Shown here: positions 42,335 to 51,734 of the stretch, piece after piece | Position numbering within the stretch: position 1 is the first letter of the stretch | Layout: every line of letters begins with the position of its first letter | Assembly (NCBI GenBank): GCA_937871165.1 | Contig: CALMXK010000149.1 | Location: forward strand, 1 to 54,745 | Direction: 5' to 3' | DNA from: an uncultured Actinomycetes bacterium | GTDB taxonomy: Bacteria; Actinomycetota; Thermoleophilia; Miltoncostaeales; Miltoncostaeaceae | DNA: 54,745 nt | Program-made: the position numbers and the translations under genes | Notes under the pieces: generated by a model | Database searches by the model: none | What the model was told of the DNA's origin: nothing | Seen by the model: only the letters and a program-made list of their open reading frames with translations

Positions 42335-43369
42335 CTACCGCGCGGTCTGCTCGTGCACATGACGAACCAACTGGGCGAGCACGGCGGGATCGGTTTCGGG
42401 AAGGACACCGTGGCCCAGGTTGAAGACGTGGCCCGGCCGGCCGGCCGCTTCGGCGATCACGCGGTCCGCCTCGGGCCGCACCGCATCCCATCCGGCAAGC
42501 AGCACGGCGGGGTCCAGGTTGCCCTGAATACCCATGTCGGTGCCGATTCGTTTCCACGCGTCAGCCAGTCCGACGCGGAAGTCCACGCATACGACGTCCG
42601 AACCCGCCGACGCGATCAGTTCCAACATGCCACCTGCACCGGTGCCGAAGTGAATCGTCGGCACGCCGAGATCACGCACGCCGTCGAAGATCTTGCGGCT
42701 GAACGGAAGGATGTGGCGGGCATACGCGCTCGGGCCGATGTCACCGATCCACGAGTCGAACAGCTGGAGCACCTGTGCTCCGGCCGCCACCTGGGCGCGC
42801 AGGTAGCGGATGGTCACTTCGGCGAGCGTGTCCATGAGCGACGCCCACAGCTCCGGCTGGCCGTACATCATCGCCTTGGCGCGGCCGCGGTCCTTCGTCG
42901 GCTTGCCCTCGATCATGTAGGACGCCAGCGTGTACGGGGCGCCGGCGAATCCGAGCAGCGCGGCGCGACCACCGAGCTCCGACCGGAGTGTCCGCAGTGC
43001 CTGGAAGATCTCCGGGGTCGCCTCCTCCGGATCGCCGATGCGTAGTTTCTTGACGGCCGCCGCGTCGCGCACCGGCTCGTGCACGACCGGTCCGATGCCC
43101 GGGTCGATCGTGAACGGGACTCCCATGCCGTACAGCGGAATCATGATGTCCGCGTAGAGCACGGCACCGTCGACCCCCATGATGTCCACCGGCATCAGCG
43201 TGACTTCCGTGCACAGCTCAGGGGTGCGGATCATCTCGAGGATGCCGTAGCGCTCGCGCAGCTTGCGGTACTGCGGAAGGCATCGACCGGCTTGACGCAT
43301 GAACCACACGGGTGTGCAGTCCACATCCTGGCGCCGGCATGCCGCAAGCATTCGCTGTTCGCCGGTCAT
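42335..43369 (-). CDS. hemE: uroporphyrinogen decarboxylase
   Basis: TPVWFMRQAGRCLPQYR signature plus the URO-D body. I chose the ATG at 43369; the maximal ORF runs to 43453. Confidence 0.9.
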   Translation of the reverse strand: MTGEQRMLAACRRQDVDCTPVWFMRQAGRCLPQYRKLRERYGILEMIRTPELCTEVTLMPVDIMGVDGAVLYADIMIPLYGMGVPFTIDPGIGPVVHEPVRDAAAVKKLRIGDPEEATPEIFQALRTLRSELGGRAALLGFAGAPYTLASYMIEGKPTKDRGRAKAMMYGQPELWASLMDTLAEVTIRYLRAQVAAGAQVLQLFDSWIGDIGPSAYARHILPFSRKIFDGVRDLGVPTIHFGTGAGGMLELIASAGSDVVCVDFRVGLADAWKRIGTDMGIQGNLDPAVLLAGWDAVRPEADRVIAEAAGRPGHVFNLGHGVLPETDPAVLAQLVRHVHEQTAR

Positions 43370-43513
43370 TGGGGCGGGGGTCGTCGTCACAGTCGGTCCG
43401 TTCCGGAGTGGATCACCAGCGGCACGGTAGCGAACGGGGATCGCCCACCGCATGGGACGTGCGTCCCGCCCTCGCCATCCGGACGACGGTCACGAGGGAT
43501 GGCCAAAATCAGC

Positions 43514-43544
43514 GATGCCCCGCCGGGAGAGCCGACGGGGCATC
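43514..43544 (-). terminator. candidate intrinsic terminator after adhesin-like gene 1
   Basis: Minus-strand hairpin GATGCCCCG-13 nt-CGGGGCATC followed by GCTGATTTTGG. Confidence 0.4.
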
Positions 43545-43567
43545 GTGACCTCGGTGTGAGGAAACCG

Positions 43568-45073
43568 CTATCCGGCAGGACTCGGAATGTGGGTGCGTCC
43601 TGCCACCTTGATGACCGTGACCCGCGCCGAGGCGCGCACCGCAGTGACGCCGGTGGCCGAGGCCAGCGAGGTGTTGCGGGCGCGGACCTTGCCAGTCCGG
43701 GGGATGTGGGTGGTGAAGATCACCGTCGCCGACGCCCCGCGTGCCAGCGTAGGAATGCTCACGCAGGCGGTGCCGTTCAGGAAACTGAGCGGCGCCTTCT
43801 TGACGGCGGTGCCGATGGTGAGCGTCGCCGTGGTCGTCGGGAACGACTGACCGTCGAGCGGCGAGTCGCAGACGCGGACATTGTTCGCCGCAGCCGTGCC
43901 GGTGCTGCGAACCGTGACCTTCCAACGGACGTTCTTGCCGGCCCTGACACGCTTGGCAAGCGCCACCTTGGTGATGGCGAGCTTCGGCGTTCCTGTGGGG
44001 GGCTTGACGATGATGCCGGTGCCCGATCCGCCGCTTGCGCTGCGCGAAACCGACCCGCTCACGTTGTACTGGACGGGAGCCCCTTCGCCGGCAAGGTAGG
44101 TCAGCGAGGCGCTGTTGGCGAACGACGTCGGCAGCGTGCCGCCGTCAAGCCAGGTGGGAACGCGCAGGCGGTAGACGGAATCGTCGGCCGAGTCCTTGGT
44201 GATCACCACGGTCAGCGCGCTCGGCGAGCAGGTGATCGACGAGATCGTCGGCACGCTTGTGCGCACCCAGGTTCCCGCTGCGTCGCGAACAAGGAACGAC
44301 GGCGCGGGCGCGGTCAGCGGACAGTTGAAGTGCTGGCCCGCGGCAGGCGTGTCGACCACGGTGACCTGTGACCAGTTCGGGGCTTCGCTTTGCGCGCCAC
44401 CCTGAAGCTGAATGGTCCACAGCAGGCCCGCGCCCGGATTGGTCATGGTGCCGTCGGCGTTCTGCGCGATGACTTCCGCCTCGCTGTTGCTCGTCGAACG
44501 CCAGTTGCCGTACTTCATGTGCTCGTTGCCGATCGCACCCCGCGACTTGGTGATCGTGACGGGCAGGCCGTAGATCGTCGTCGGGTACGTCGTGTTGGTT
44601 CCCGGGAACGTCACGACGGCACTGTCGAATCCGATTTCGAACCAGGCCTGTCCAGACAGGTTGGTGTGCGTGGTCACGAAACTGGTGAACGTGAATTCGA
44701 GGATGGCGTCGCCGTTCGCATCGCGCACGACATTGCCGGAGCCGTCGCGCTTGATCGCGACCGAGGCGACGACGTCGCCCGACGCGTTCGTCAAGTTCAT
44801 GGGAACGAACTTGCGCGGGTCGAGCGTCTTGTCGAGCGCCGCGGTGAACGTGTCACCGGCTGCCGCGTTCGCGACGGACCAGTTGATCGTGACGCGGACC
44901 TGATCGTTTTCGTTGTACGTCCCGGCGACCGTCGTTGTCGAGCTCGAGACAAGTGGGGTGATGTCTGCGGCGAGGGCCGGAGACAGCGGGCTGCACGCGA
45001 GTGCAGCGCCCACGACAAGCGCGGAAATGACGGTCCTGCGGCGGGCCGGGAGAATCCGTTTCCCAGTCTGCAT
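43568..45073 (-). CDS. secreted adhesin-like protein, paralogue 1 (Cna/MSCRAMM-like A region + C-terminal DUF11-like domain)
   Basis: Signal peptide ending ALA-ADIT. AGDTFTAALDKTLDPRKFVPMNLTNASGDVVASV...FTFTSFVTTHTNLSGQAWFEIGF matches the collagen-binding/SdrG-type Ig-fold pattern. C-terminal PKLAITKVA...VTVRSTGTAAANNVRVCD is DUF11-like. GGAGGA Shine-Dalgarno. Confidence 0.75.
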   Translation of the reverse strand: MQTGKRILPARRRTVISALVVGAALACSPLSPALAADITPLVSSSTTTVAGTYNENDQVRVTINWSVANAAAGDTFTAALDKTLDPRKFVPMNLTNASGDVVASVAIKRDGSGNVVRDANGDAILEFTFTSFVTTHTNLSGQAWFEIGFDSAVVTFPGTNTTYPTTIYGLPVTITKSRGAIGNEHMKYGNWRSTSNSEAEVIAQNADGTMTNPGAGLLWTIQLQGGAQSEAPNWSQVTVVDTPAAGQHFNCPLTAPAPSFLVRDAAGTWVRTSVPTISSITCSPSALTVVITKDSADDSVYRLRVPTWLDGGTLPTSFANSASLTYLAGEGAPVQYNVSGSVSRSASGGSGTGIIVKPPTGTPKLAITKVALAKRVRAGKNVRWKVTVRSTGTAAANNVRVCDSPLDGQSFPTTTATLTIGTAVKKAPLSFLNGTACVSIPTLARGASATVIFTTHIPRTGKVRARNTSLASATGVTAVRASARVTVIKVAGRTHIPSPAG

Positions 45074-45132
45074 ATGAGTCCTCCTCGAGGATGAAGCGTT
45101 GGGTCAACATTAAGCGGGTTTTGGAGGGACCA

Positions 45133-45157
45133 CCAGTCCAGGATGCAAGAACTATCC
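45133..45157 (-). promoter_or_regulatory. conserved upstream motif shared by adhesin-like genes 1 and 2
   Basis: CCAGTCCAGGATGCAAGAACTATCC lies 60 nt upstream of the gene 1 start. It matches 47294..47319 with 2 mismatches and 1 indel. Confidence 0.35.
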
Positions 45158-45225
45158 CTTTGGGGGAAGGCCTGTCCGCGGGTCCAGCAACGCCCGGTGC
45201 GACTGGGGAATCGGGCCCAAAACGA

Positions 45226-45259
45226 CGTTGCCCCCGCCGGTGTTCCGACGAGGGCAACG
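45226..45259 (-). terminator. candidate intrinsic terminator after adhesin-like gene 2
   Basis: Minus-strand hairpin CGTTGCCC-18 nt-GGGCAACG followed directly by TCGTTTTGGG. Confidence 0.4.
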
Positions 45260-45283
45260 AGGTCCAACGGATGTCGCTGTGCG

Positions 45284-47242
45284 CTAGCCGGCGGGGCTCG
45301 GAATCACACTCACACCGGCGACGCCGATGACCCTGACCGACGCGGTTGACGTGACTGTCGCAACCGAGACGGCAGACGCGGTCGCGGTGTTGCGAACGCT
45401 CTTCTTGCGGGTGGTCTTCGGGACGGTGGTGCTCACCGTGACCACGGCGGCCTTGCCGGTGGCCAGGCGCGGGATCGTGATGCATCCCTTGCCGGCGGCG
45501 ATCGTCATCCGAACGACCTTCTTGGCGGTGCCGATGGTGTAGGTCACCGAGGTGGTCGGGAACGACGACGTGTCGCGAAGGATGTCGCAGACCTTGACGT
45601 TGATCGCTGCGGCCGTACCGACGTTGCGGACGGTGATCCGCCACTTGAGCGACTTGCCGGCCGGCACCGTGGTGAGGGTGGAGACCTTCTTGATCGTCAG
45701 CTTCGGCGTGCCTGCGGGCGGCAGGACGGCCTTCGGCTGTGCATGCCAGGCGTCGTTGTCGGTGACTGCGACGGCACTCTCAACACCCACGCCGGTGACG
45801 GTTGCCCGGTTTCCGTGCGGCGCCGTGATGGCCGGGAGCGTCGCGGTGCAGAAGAAGCTCTCCTGCGGCGCAAACCCGTTGAACGGCATCGTGGTGGAGC
45901 CGTCGCGGGTGCAGACGATGTTCGTCAGCGCGATCCCGCTCGTGGTGGTGTCGGTCACGACGACATTGTTGAGCGTCTCCGTGCCGGTGTTGGTGACACG
46001 GAACTGCACGTTGGTTGCGGTGCCGCTTGCGACGGGAAGGCCCGGGGCCAGGTCGTAGTCGCAGGGGGTCGGCTGTGGAGTCGGCTGTCCGCCGGCGAGG
46101 GCCGGCACGCCGTCGGTGAAGACGACACCGCCCCACGAGCCACAGTAGTTTTCGATGTCGATGGACGGCGGCGAATTGACGCCGGTGCCGTCACCGCCCG
46201 CCATCGCCCGGTCCATCATCGTGGTGACCGGGTAGCTGATCAGGCGACCGTTCGGGCCGTCGTAGTCGATCGTCGCCGTGTTGCCGAAACCGTCCGGCAA
46301 GGCGCCGTTGTTGACCCAGCCGGGGAAGTGCACGCGGTAGACGCCGGTGTCCGCGGCGGCCTTGGTGACCGTCAACGTGAGCGACGTGCTGGAGCAGCTT
46401 GCGACGCTCACCTGAACCGCGGTGGTCGAGAGCCACACGTCACGTGTGGTGGCGGCGTCATGCACTGTCGCCCACGGGCGCGGGGTCAGCGGGCACTCGA
46501 AATAGCTGCCGGTGGCCGGCGTATCGGTGATCGTCGCGCGGGTCCATCCCGGGGCAAGGCTGGCCGTGCCGCCCTGCAGCTGGATGTTCCAGATGATGTC
46601 GGCGCCCGGGTTGGCGTTGGTGCCGTCCGGGTTCTGCGCGGTGGCTTCCGCCTCGTTGTTGTTCGGTGAGATCCAGTAGCCGTACTTCAAACGCTCGTTG
46701 CCGACGGGACCCGACGCGGCCGTGATGAGCAGCGGCGTGCCGTAGACCGTGATGTCCATGGTGTTGCCACCGTCCGGGAACGTCAGCTTCGAGTGGTCGA
46801 AGCGAATCTGGAACCAGGCGTGGCCGGACAGGTTGGTGTGCGTGCCGGCGTAGCTGGTGAAGGTGAACTGCAACTTGGCGTCGCCGCTCGGGAATCGAAG
46901 AAACGCGCCGCTCGCATCCTTCATGATCGTCACGCGAGCGACCACTGCGCCGGCGGCGTCCTTCAGGTCCATGGGGACGAAACGACGCGCATCGAGGTAC
47001 TTGTCGAGCGGCACGATGAACGTGTCGCCGGGCGCGGCGGTTGTGACGCTCCACCCGATGTCGATGCGAATGTCGGCCCACTCGTCATAGGTTCCTGCCG
47101 TCGGTGTCTTGGTCACGGTGACCCGTGATGTGATGTCCGCCGCCGTCGCATGTGTCGCAGCGAGACCACAGAGTGCAAGCAGCGTCATCAAAACGACAAG
47201 AACGCGATGTCGAAATGGGAGATTCCGTTCCCCAAATTCCAT
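45284..47242 (-). CDS. secreted adhesin-like protein, paralogue 2 (extra central Ig-like domain)
   Basis: Same architecture as paralogues 1 and 3, plus a ~150-aa insert (IENYCGSWGG...FRVTNTGTETLNNVVVTD...). I chose the start MEFGERN at 47242, preceded by GGAGGA; the maximal ORF runs to 47317. Confidence 0.75.
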   Translation of the reverse strand: MEFGERNLPFRHRVLVVLMTLLALCGLAATHATAADITSRVTVTKTPTAGTYDEWADIRIDIGWSVTTAAPGDTFIVPLDKYLDARRFVPMDLKDAAGAVVARVTIMKDASGAFLRFPSGDAKLQFTFTSYAGTHTNLSGHAWFQIRFDHSKLTFPDGGNTMDITVYGTPLLITAASGPVGNERLKYGYWISPNNNEAEATAQNPDGTNANPGADIIWNIQLQGGTASLAPGWTRATITDTPATGSYFECPLTPRPWATVHDAATTRDVWLSTTAVQVSVASCSSTSLTLTVTKAAADTGVYRVHFPGWVNNGALPDGFGNTATIDYDGPNGRLISYPVTTMMDRAMAGGDGTGVNSPPSIDIENYCGSWGGVVFTDGVPALAGGQPTPQPTPCDYDLAPGLPVASGTATNVQFRVTNTGTETLNNVVVTDTTTSGIALTNIVCTRDGSTTMPFNGFAPQESFFCTATLPAITAPHGNRATVTGVGVESAVAVTDNDAWHAQPKAVLPPAGTPKLTIKKVSTLTTVPAGKSLKWRITVRNVGTAAAINVKVCDILRDTSSFPTTSVTYTIGTAKKVVRMTIAAGKGCITIPRLATGKAAVVTVSTTVPKTTRKKSVRNTATASAVSVATVTSTASVRVIGVAGVSVIPSPAG

Positions 47243-47293
47243 AATTCCTCCAGTCAAAGGTAGATCCAAGGTAGGGCCCTTTACACGACTGTT

Positions 47294-47319
47294 CCAGTCC
47301 AGGACGGAAGAACTCATCC
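47294..47319 (-). promoter_or_regulatory. conserved upstream motif shared by adhesin-like genes 1 and 2
   Basis: CCAGTCCAGGACGGAAGAACTCATCC lies 52 nt upstream of the proposed gene 2 start. Confidence 0.35.
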
Positions 47320-47402
47320 TTCGTCGAGGTCGACCTAGACCAATGGGGGGGCGCGAACACGCTGGGCGTTGATCACCCCTGGAAATGACGGGCGCGCAAA
47401 TG

Positions 47403-47442
47403 CGTCGAGGCCCCCGCCGTATGTACGACGGGGGCCTCGACG
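47403..47442 (-). terminator. candidate terminator hairpin after adhesin-like gene 3
   Basis: Perfect 14-bp stem CGTCGAGGCCCCCG / CGGGGGCCTCGACG with a 12-nt loop, 24 nt after the TAA stop, followed by only a weak T run (CATTTGCG). Confidence 0.5.
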
Positions 47443-47465
47443 GTGACCAGTTGACGTGCCCGGGG

Positions 47466-49025
47466 TTACCCGGTGGGGCTCGGCACCTTGGTGCCCTTCA
47501 CCTTGATCACCGGAACCTTGGCGTTCGCGGAGATCAGCCTGACCAGGTCGGCCGTGACGGTGGCCCGGTTGCGCACGCGAATGCGAGCGGTGGCCGGCAC
47601 CGAGGTGCGAACCACGATCAGGGCCCGCTTGCCGGCACCGAGGCTGGGGATGGAGATGCATCCCTGTCCGTTGGCGACCACCATGGTGGCGGGTTTCGTG
47701 ACCGTGCCGATGGTGTACGTCACCGTCGTGCTCGCGAATGCCTGGTTGTCCCGAAGGATGTCGCAGACGTTCAGATTCTTGGCGGTGACCTTGCCGGTGT
47801 TCTTCACCGTGATCTGCCAACGCATCACCTTGCCGGTGCGCGCAACCTTCGCGAGTGGCCGCTTGGCGATGACCAGCTTCGGTGGCGACGGCGGCAGCAC
47901 GACCGGTCCCGGTGTGCCGGTGGCGACGCCACCCTGGCTCACGCGCGACATCGATGTCGTGACCGGGTTGACGAACGTCGAGCCGGATGGCATCTCGTAG
48001 CGAAGCTCAGCCGTGTTGCCGAACCTCGTCGGGAGCGGTGCGCCATCGATCCAACCGGTGAAGCGGATCCGGTAGATGTTGTTGTCCGATGCGGCCTTCT
48101 GGACCACGAGGGTGAGCGACGTGCGTGAACACGCCGACACGGTGATGATCGGCACCGTCGTGTTGACCCAGCGGTCCAGCGCCGTTGTTGTGTCCTTGCG
48201 GATGGCGGACGGGGCCGGGCTCAGCGGGCACTCGAAGTGCGAGCCGGCTGCCGGGGTGTCCGTGATGGTGACGCGGGTCCAGCCGGGAGCCTTGCTTTGG
48301 GCGCCGCCCTGCAGCTGGATCGTCCACGTGATGTCCGGTCCCGGATTGGCGGATGTGCCGTCGGGATTGAGCGCGGTCGCTTCGGTCTCATTGTTGTTCG
48401 GCGAACGCCAGTTGCCGAACTTGATGTACTCGTTGCCGACCGGGCCGGGGCTTCCGGCGATGGTGATCGCCGTGCCGTAGACCGTGGTGTTCATCGTGGT
48501 TGAACCGGCGGGGAACACCACGCGACTGTGATCGAACGTGATTGCGAACCACGCCGAACCGCTGAGGCTGGTGTGTGTCGCGACGTAGTTCGTGAAGGTG
48601 AACACCAAGATGGCGTTGCCTGCGCCGTCACGCGCGGGGGCGCCGGACGAGTCCTTCTTGATCGTGACCTTGGCGACAACTGCGCCGGATGCGTCCTTCA
48701 GATCCATGTTCACGAAGCGTCGCGCGTCGAGCATCTTGTCGAGCGGCATCGTGAACGTGTCACCGGTGTTGGCTGTCGCCACCTTGAACGTGACGTCGAC
48801 GCGAATCGTCGACCACTCACCGTACGTGCCGGATTTGACCGAGGCCGTGGTAGCCACCCGACCCGTGATGTCGGCTGCCGACGCCTGCTGAAGCGGAATC
48901 AGTGCGACGAGCGCGACGAGCGCGATGAGCGCGGCCACGACGCGGCGCCGAAGCGCGGGGCGTGCCGCGAGTGCCGCAGACTGCGGCGCGGTTGCGGGGG
49001 TGGGAGATCGAAACCCCGAATACAT
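47466..49025 (-). CDS. secreted adhesin-like protein, paralogue 3
   Basis: Signal peptide ending ASA-ADIT. TGDTFTMPLDKMLDARRFVNMDLKDASGAVVAKV...FTFTNYVATHTSLSGSAWFAITF. DUF11-like C-terminus ending VPSPTG. Confidence 0.75.
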   Translation of the reverse strand: MYSGFRSPTPATAPQSAALAARPALRRRVVAALIALVALVALIPLQQASAADITGRVATTASVKSGTYGEWSTIRVDVTFKVATANTGDTFTMPLDKMLDARRFVNMDLKDASGAVVAKVTIKKDSSGAPARDGAGNAILVFTFTNYVATHTSLSGSAWFAITFDHSRVVFPAGSTTMNTTVYGTAITIAGSPGPVGNEYIKFGNWRSPNNNETEATALNPDGTSANPGPDITWTIQLQGGAQSKAPGWTRVTITDTPAAGSHFECPLSPAPSAIRKDTTTALDRWVNTTVPIITVSACSRTSLTLVVQKAASDNNIYRIRFTGWIDGAPLPTRFGNTAELRYEMPSGSTFVNPVTTSMSRVSQGGVATGTPGPVVLPPSPPKLVIAKRPLAKVARTGKVMRWQITVKNTGKVTAKNLNVCDILRDNQAFASTTVTYTIGTVTKPATMVVANGQGCISIPSLGAGKRALIVVRTSVPATARIRVRNRATVTADLVRLISANAKVPVIKVKGTKVPSPTG

Positions 49026-49166
49026 GTGCGTCCTCCAATGTCGGCCTCCTGGGAGGAGAGGCCTGCGCCGAAGAAGCTACATGAGGTTCCCGCGGAACCG
49101 CCGGTTCATGCGAACTGGAGTTCTGGCGTTCTCGTAATCATTTTGTTGGCGACCCCACTGAGTGCA

Positions 49167-50363
49167 TTAGCTCAGGCTCAAGTAGAGGTCGAGCGTTTGG
49201 TGAGCGATGGTGGTCCAGGAGAACTCCTGGACTGTCCGGGCGCGCCCCGCCTGACCCATCTTCCTGGCGGTTTCGGGGTCGCCGAGCAGGCTGTTGACGG
49301 CGGCCGCGAAGTCACGCGCAAACCGGTCCGGGTCGGTCGGTGTGCCGGTTCCGTCGCTGACGGCCTCGTACGGCACGAGCTTGCCGGTCACGTCGTCGAC
49401 GACGACCTCAGGAATGCCGCCCACCGCGCTCGCCACGACCGCGGCGCCGCATGCCATGGCCTCCAGGTTGACGATGCCGAGCGGCTCGTAAATCGACGGG
49501 CAGACGAAGACGTCCGTGTGGCTCAGAATCTGAATCAGCTCGGGGCGTGGACGCATGTCGGCGATCCAGATGACGTTTCCGTGTTCGGCTTGCAAGGCGG
49601 TCGCCTTGTCTGCGATTTCGGCGGCGATCTGCGGGGTGTCGGGCGCACCGGCACACAGCACGAGCTGGGCGGCAGGATCGATGTGTCGTGCGGCGTCAAG
49701 GAGATGCGTCAATCCCTTTTGGCGCGTGATTCGTCCCACGAAGGTGACGATGGGTCGTGCAGGGTCGATGCCAAACTGCTCGAGCACGTCCGTTGCGGGA
49801 TCGGGTCGGTACTCGTCGGTGTCGATGCCGTTGAGGATCACGTGGATCTTGGCGGGATCGATGGCGGGATAACTGCGCACGATGTCGCCGCGATGGCCGG
49901 CGGAGACGGCGATGACGGCATCCGCGGCCTCCAACGCGGTCCGCTCGCAGAAGCTCGACAGGCGGTACCCGCCGCCGAGCTGTTCGGCCTTCCACGGCCG
50001 CATGGGCTCCAGGCTGTGCACGGTGGCCACGTGCGGAATGTCGTGGATCAGTTTGGCGAAGTGGCCGCCCATGTTGGCGTACCAGGTGTGGCTGTGGGCG
50101 ATGGTCACCCCACCCGTGGCGGCGGCCATCGTCAGGTCCGTGGAGAGTGTGGCCAGTGCGGCCATGTACGGCTCGGACCCGCCGAGCGCGTCCCACGGCT
50201 GGTGGGCGACCACCGGCGGCGTCGCACCCGGGCGCGGCTCGCCCCAACAGTGCACCGTCACCTGCGTGAGCTTCGAAAGCTCGCGCGCCAAGTACTCCAC
50301 ATGGACGCCGGCGCCGCCGTAGACGTCGGGTGGGTACTCCCGTGACAACAGGGCCACATGCAT
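49167..50363 (-). CDS. glgA: glycogen synthase (actinobacterial GT4-type)
   Basis: [29 protein letters not shown] ... EPLGIVNLEAMACGAAVVASAVGGIPEVV. 1-nt overlap with glgC. Confidence 0.9.
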   Translation of the reverse strand: MHVALLSREYPPDVYGGAGVHVEYLARELSKLTQVTVHCWGEPRPGATPPVVAHQPWDALGGSEPYMAALATLSTDLTMAAATGGVTIAHSHTWYANMGGHFAKLIHDIPHVATVHSLEPMRPWKAEQLGGGYRLSSFCERTALEAADAVIAVSAGHRGDIVRSYPAIDPAKIHVILNGIDTDEYRPDPATDVLEQFGIDPARPIVTFVGRITRQKGLTHLLDAARHIDPAAQLVLCAGAPDTPQIAAEIADKATALQAEHGNVIWIADMRPRPELIQILSHTDVFVCPSIYEPLGIVNLEAMACGAAVVASAVGGIPEVVVDDVTGKLVPYEAVSDGTGTPTDPDRFARDFAAAVNSLLGDPETARKMGQAGRARTVQEFSWTTIAHQTLDLYLSLS

Positions 50364-51598
50364 CAGAGGACGCGTGCTCCCTTGCCGATCACGACGACCC
50401 CGCCGGGCGACACGGTGAACCGTGCCCGGTCAGCCTCGGGATCGACGCCGATCCGCACCCCTGGACCGACGACCACGTTCTTGTCGAGGATCGCGTGGCG
50501 CACGACTGCGCCCTCGCCGATGTGCACACCGTGCATGAGCACCGATCCGGCGACCTCGGCGCCGGTGTCCACGCGTGCGCCCGGGGAGAGGATCGAGCGC
50601 CGTGCGGTGCCACCAGAGATGACGGCGCCGGCGCACACGAGCGAGTCGTAGGCGGCGCCTCGCCTGCCGTCCTCATCGAACACGAACTTGGCGGGCGGAT
50701 TCGGATCGCGCTGGGTCAGGATCGGCCAGTCCATGTTGTACAGGTTGAAGATCGGGTTGACGCTCACCAGGTCCATGGTTGCGTCGTAGTAGGCGTCGAT
50801 CGTTCCGACGTCACGCCAGTAGCCGCGATCACGTTCTGTTTCGCCGGGCACGACGTTGGTGGTGAAGTCGTAGACGTCGGCGTCGCCGCGACTCACCATC
50901 AGCGGGATGATGTTCCCGCCGATGTCGTGTCGTGAGGTTTCGTCCTTCGCATCGGTGGAGATCGCTTCCAGGAGCGCCTCGGCCGTGAAGATGTAGTTGC
51001 CCATCGACGCATACACACGGCTGGGATCGTCCGGGATGCCGACCACGTTCTCCGTCGGCTTCTCGCGAAACTGCGCGATGCGATGGCTGTCGCTCGTCGG
51101 GTCGATGATGCCGAACTCGCCGGCTTCCTCGATCGGCACCCGAAGCCCTGCGACGGTGACACCGGCGCCGGACGCGATGTGCTGTTCAAGCATCTGCCGG
51201 GGGTCCATCCGGTAGACGTGGTCGGCGCCGAAGACCAGGATGTGCGTCGGGTTCTCGTCGCTGATCAGGTTGAAGTTCTGGTAGAGCGCGTCAGCCGACC
51301 CGGCGAACCACCGGGGGCCGCGACGCATCTGGGCGGGTACCGGCGCGACGTAATGGCCAAGGAGCGGCGCAAGTCGCCATGCGGTGGCGACGTGGCGGTC
51401 CAGGCTGTGGCTCTTGTACTGCGTGAGCACAGCGATGCGCAGGAACCCTGCGTTCGCCAGGTTCGACAGCGCGAAATCCACCAGGCGGTAGTCACCGCCG
51501 AACGGAACGGCCGGCTTTGCTCGGTCCTCGGTGAGCGGCCACAGGCGTTTGCCTTCGCCACCAGCGAGAACGATCCCGAAATAGCGACGTGCGGACAT
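50363..51598 (-). CDS. glgC: glucose-1-phosphate adenylyltransferase
   Basis: [39 protein letters not shown] plus a C-terminal left-handed beta-helix. Confidence 0.9.
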   Translation of the reverse strand: MSARRYFGIVLAGGEGKRLWPLTEDRAKPAVPFGGDYRLVDFALSNLANAGFLRIAVLTQYKSHSLDRHVATAWRLAPLLGHYVAPVPAQMRRGPRWFAGSADALYQNFNLISDENPTHILVFGADHVYRMDPRQMLEQHIASGAGVTVAGLRVPIEEAGEFGIIDPTSDSHRIAQFREKPTENVVGIPDDPSRVYASMGNYIFTAEALLEAISTDAKDETSRHDIGGNIIPLMVSRGDADVYDFTTNVVPGETERDRGYWRDVGTIDAYYDATMDLVSVNPIFNLYNMDWPILTQRDPNPPAKFVFDEDGRRGAAYDSLVCAGAVISGGTARRSILSPGARVDTGAEVAGSVLMHGVHIGEGAVVRHAILDKNVVVGPGVRIGVDPEADRARFTVSPGGVVVIGKGARVL

Positions 51599-51734
51599 GA
51601 TTGGACACTACCCGTCCGCCCGGCGGGAAATCCGCCTGATGCCAGGTTGAATCAAATCGTCACATTCATGTTCGCCGAGAGTTAGGCTCGCGCAAAACGA
51701 CGTGTTCGTCGTATCTCAACAAGGGGGCAAACGA

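Noticed and set aside
43568-43585. The C-terminal PSPAG / PSPTG of the three adhesin-like proteins as a sortase (LPXTG/LAXTG-like) or other CTERM sorting signal.
   Set aside because: The proteins stop immediately after the Gly, with no hydrophobic helix or basic tail as all known sortase, exosortase and rhombosortase signals require. The motif matches the internal inter-domain linker that precedes the DUF11-like domain.
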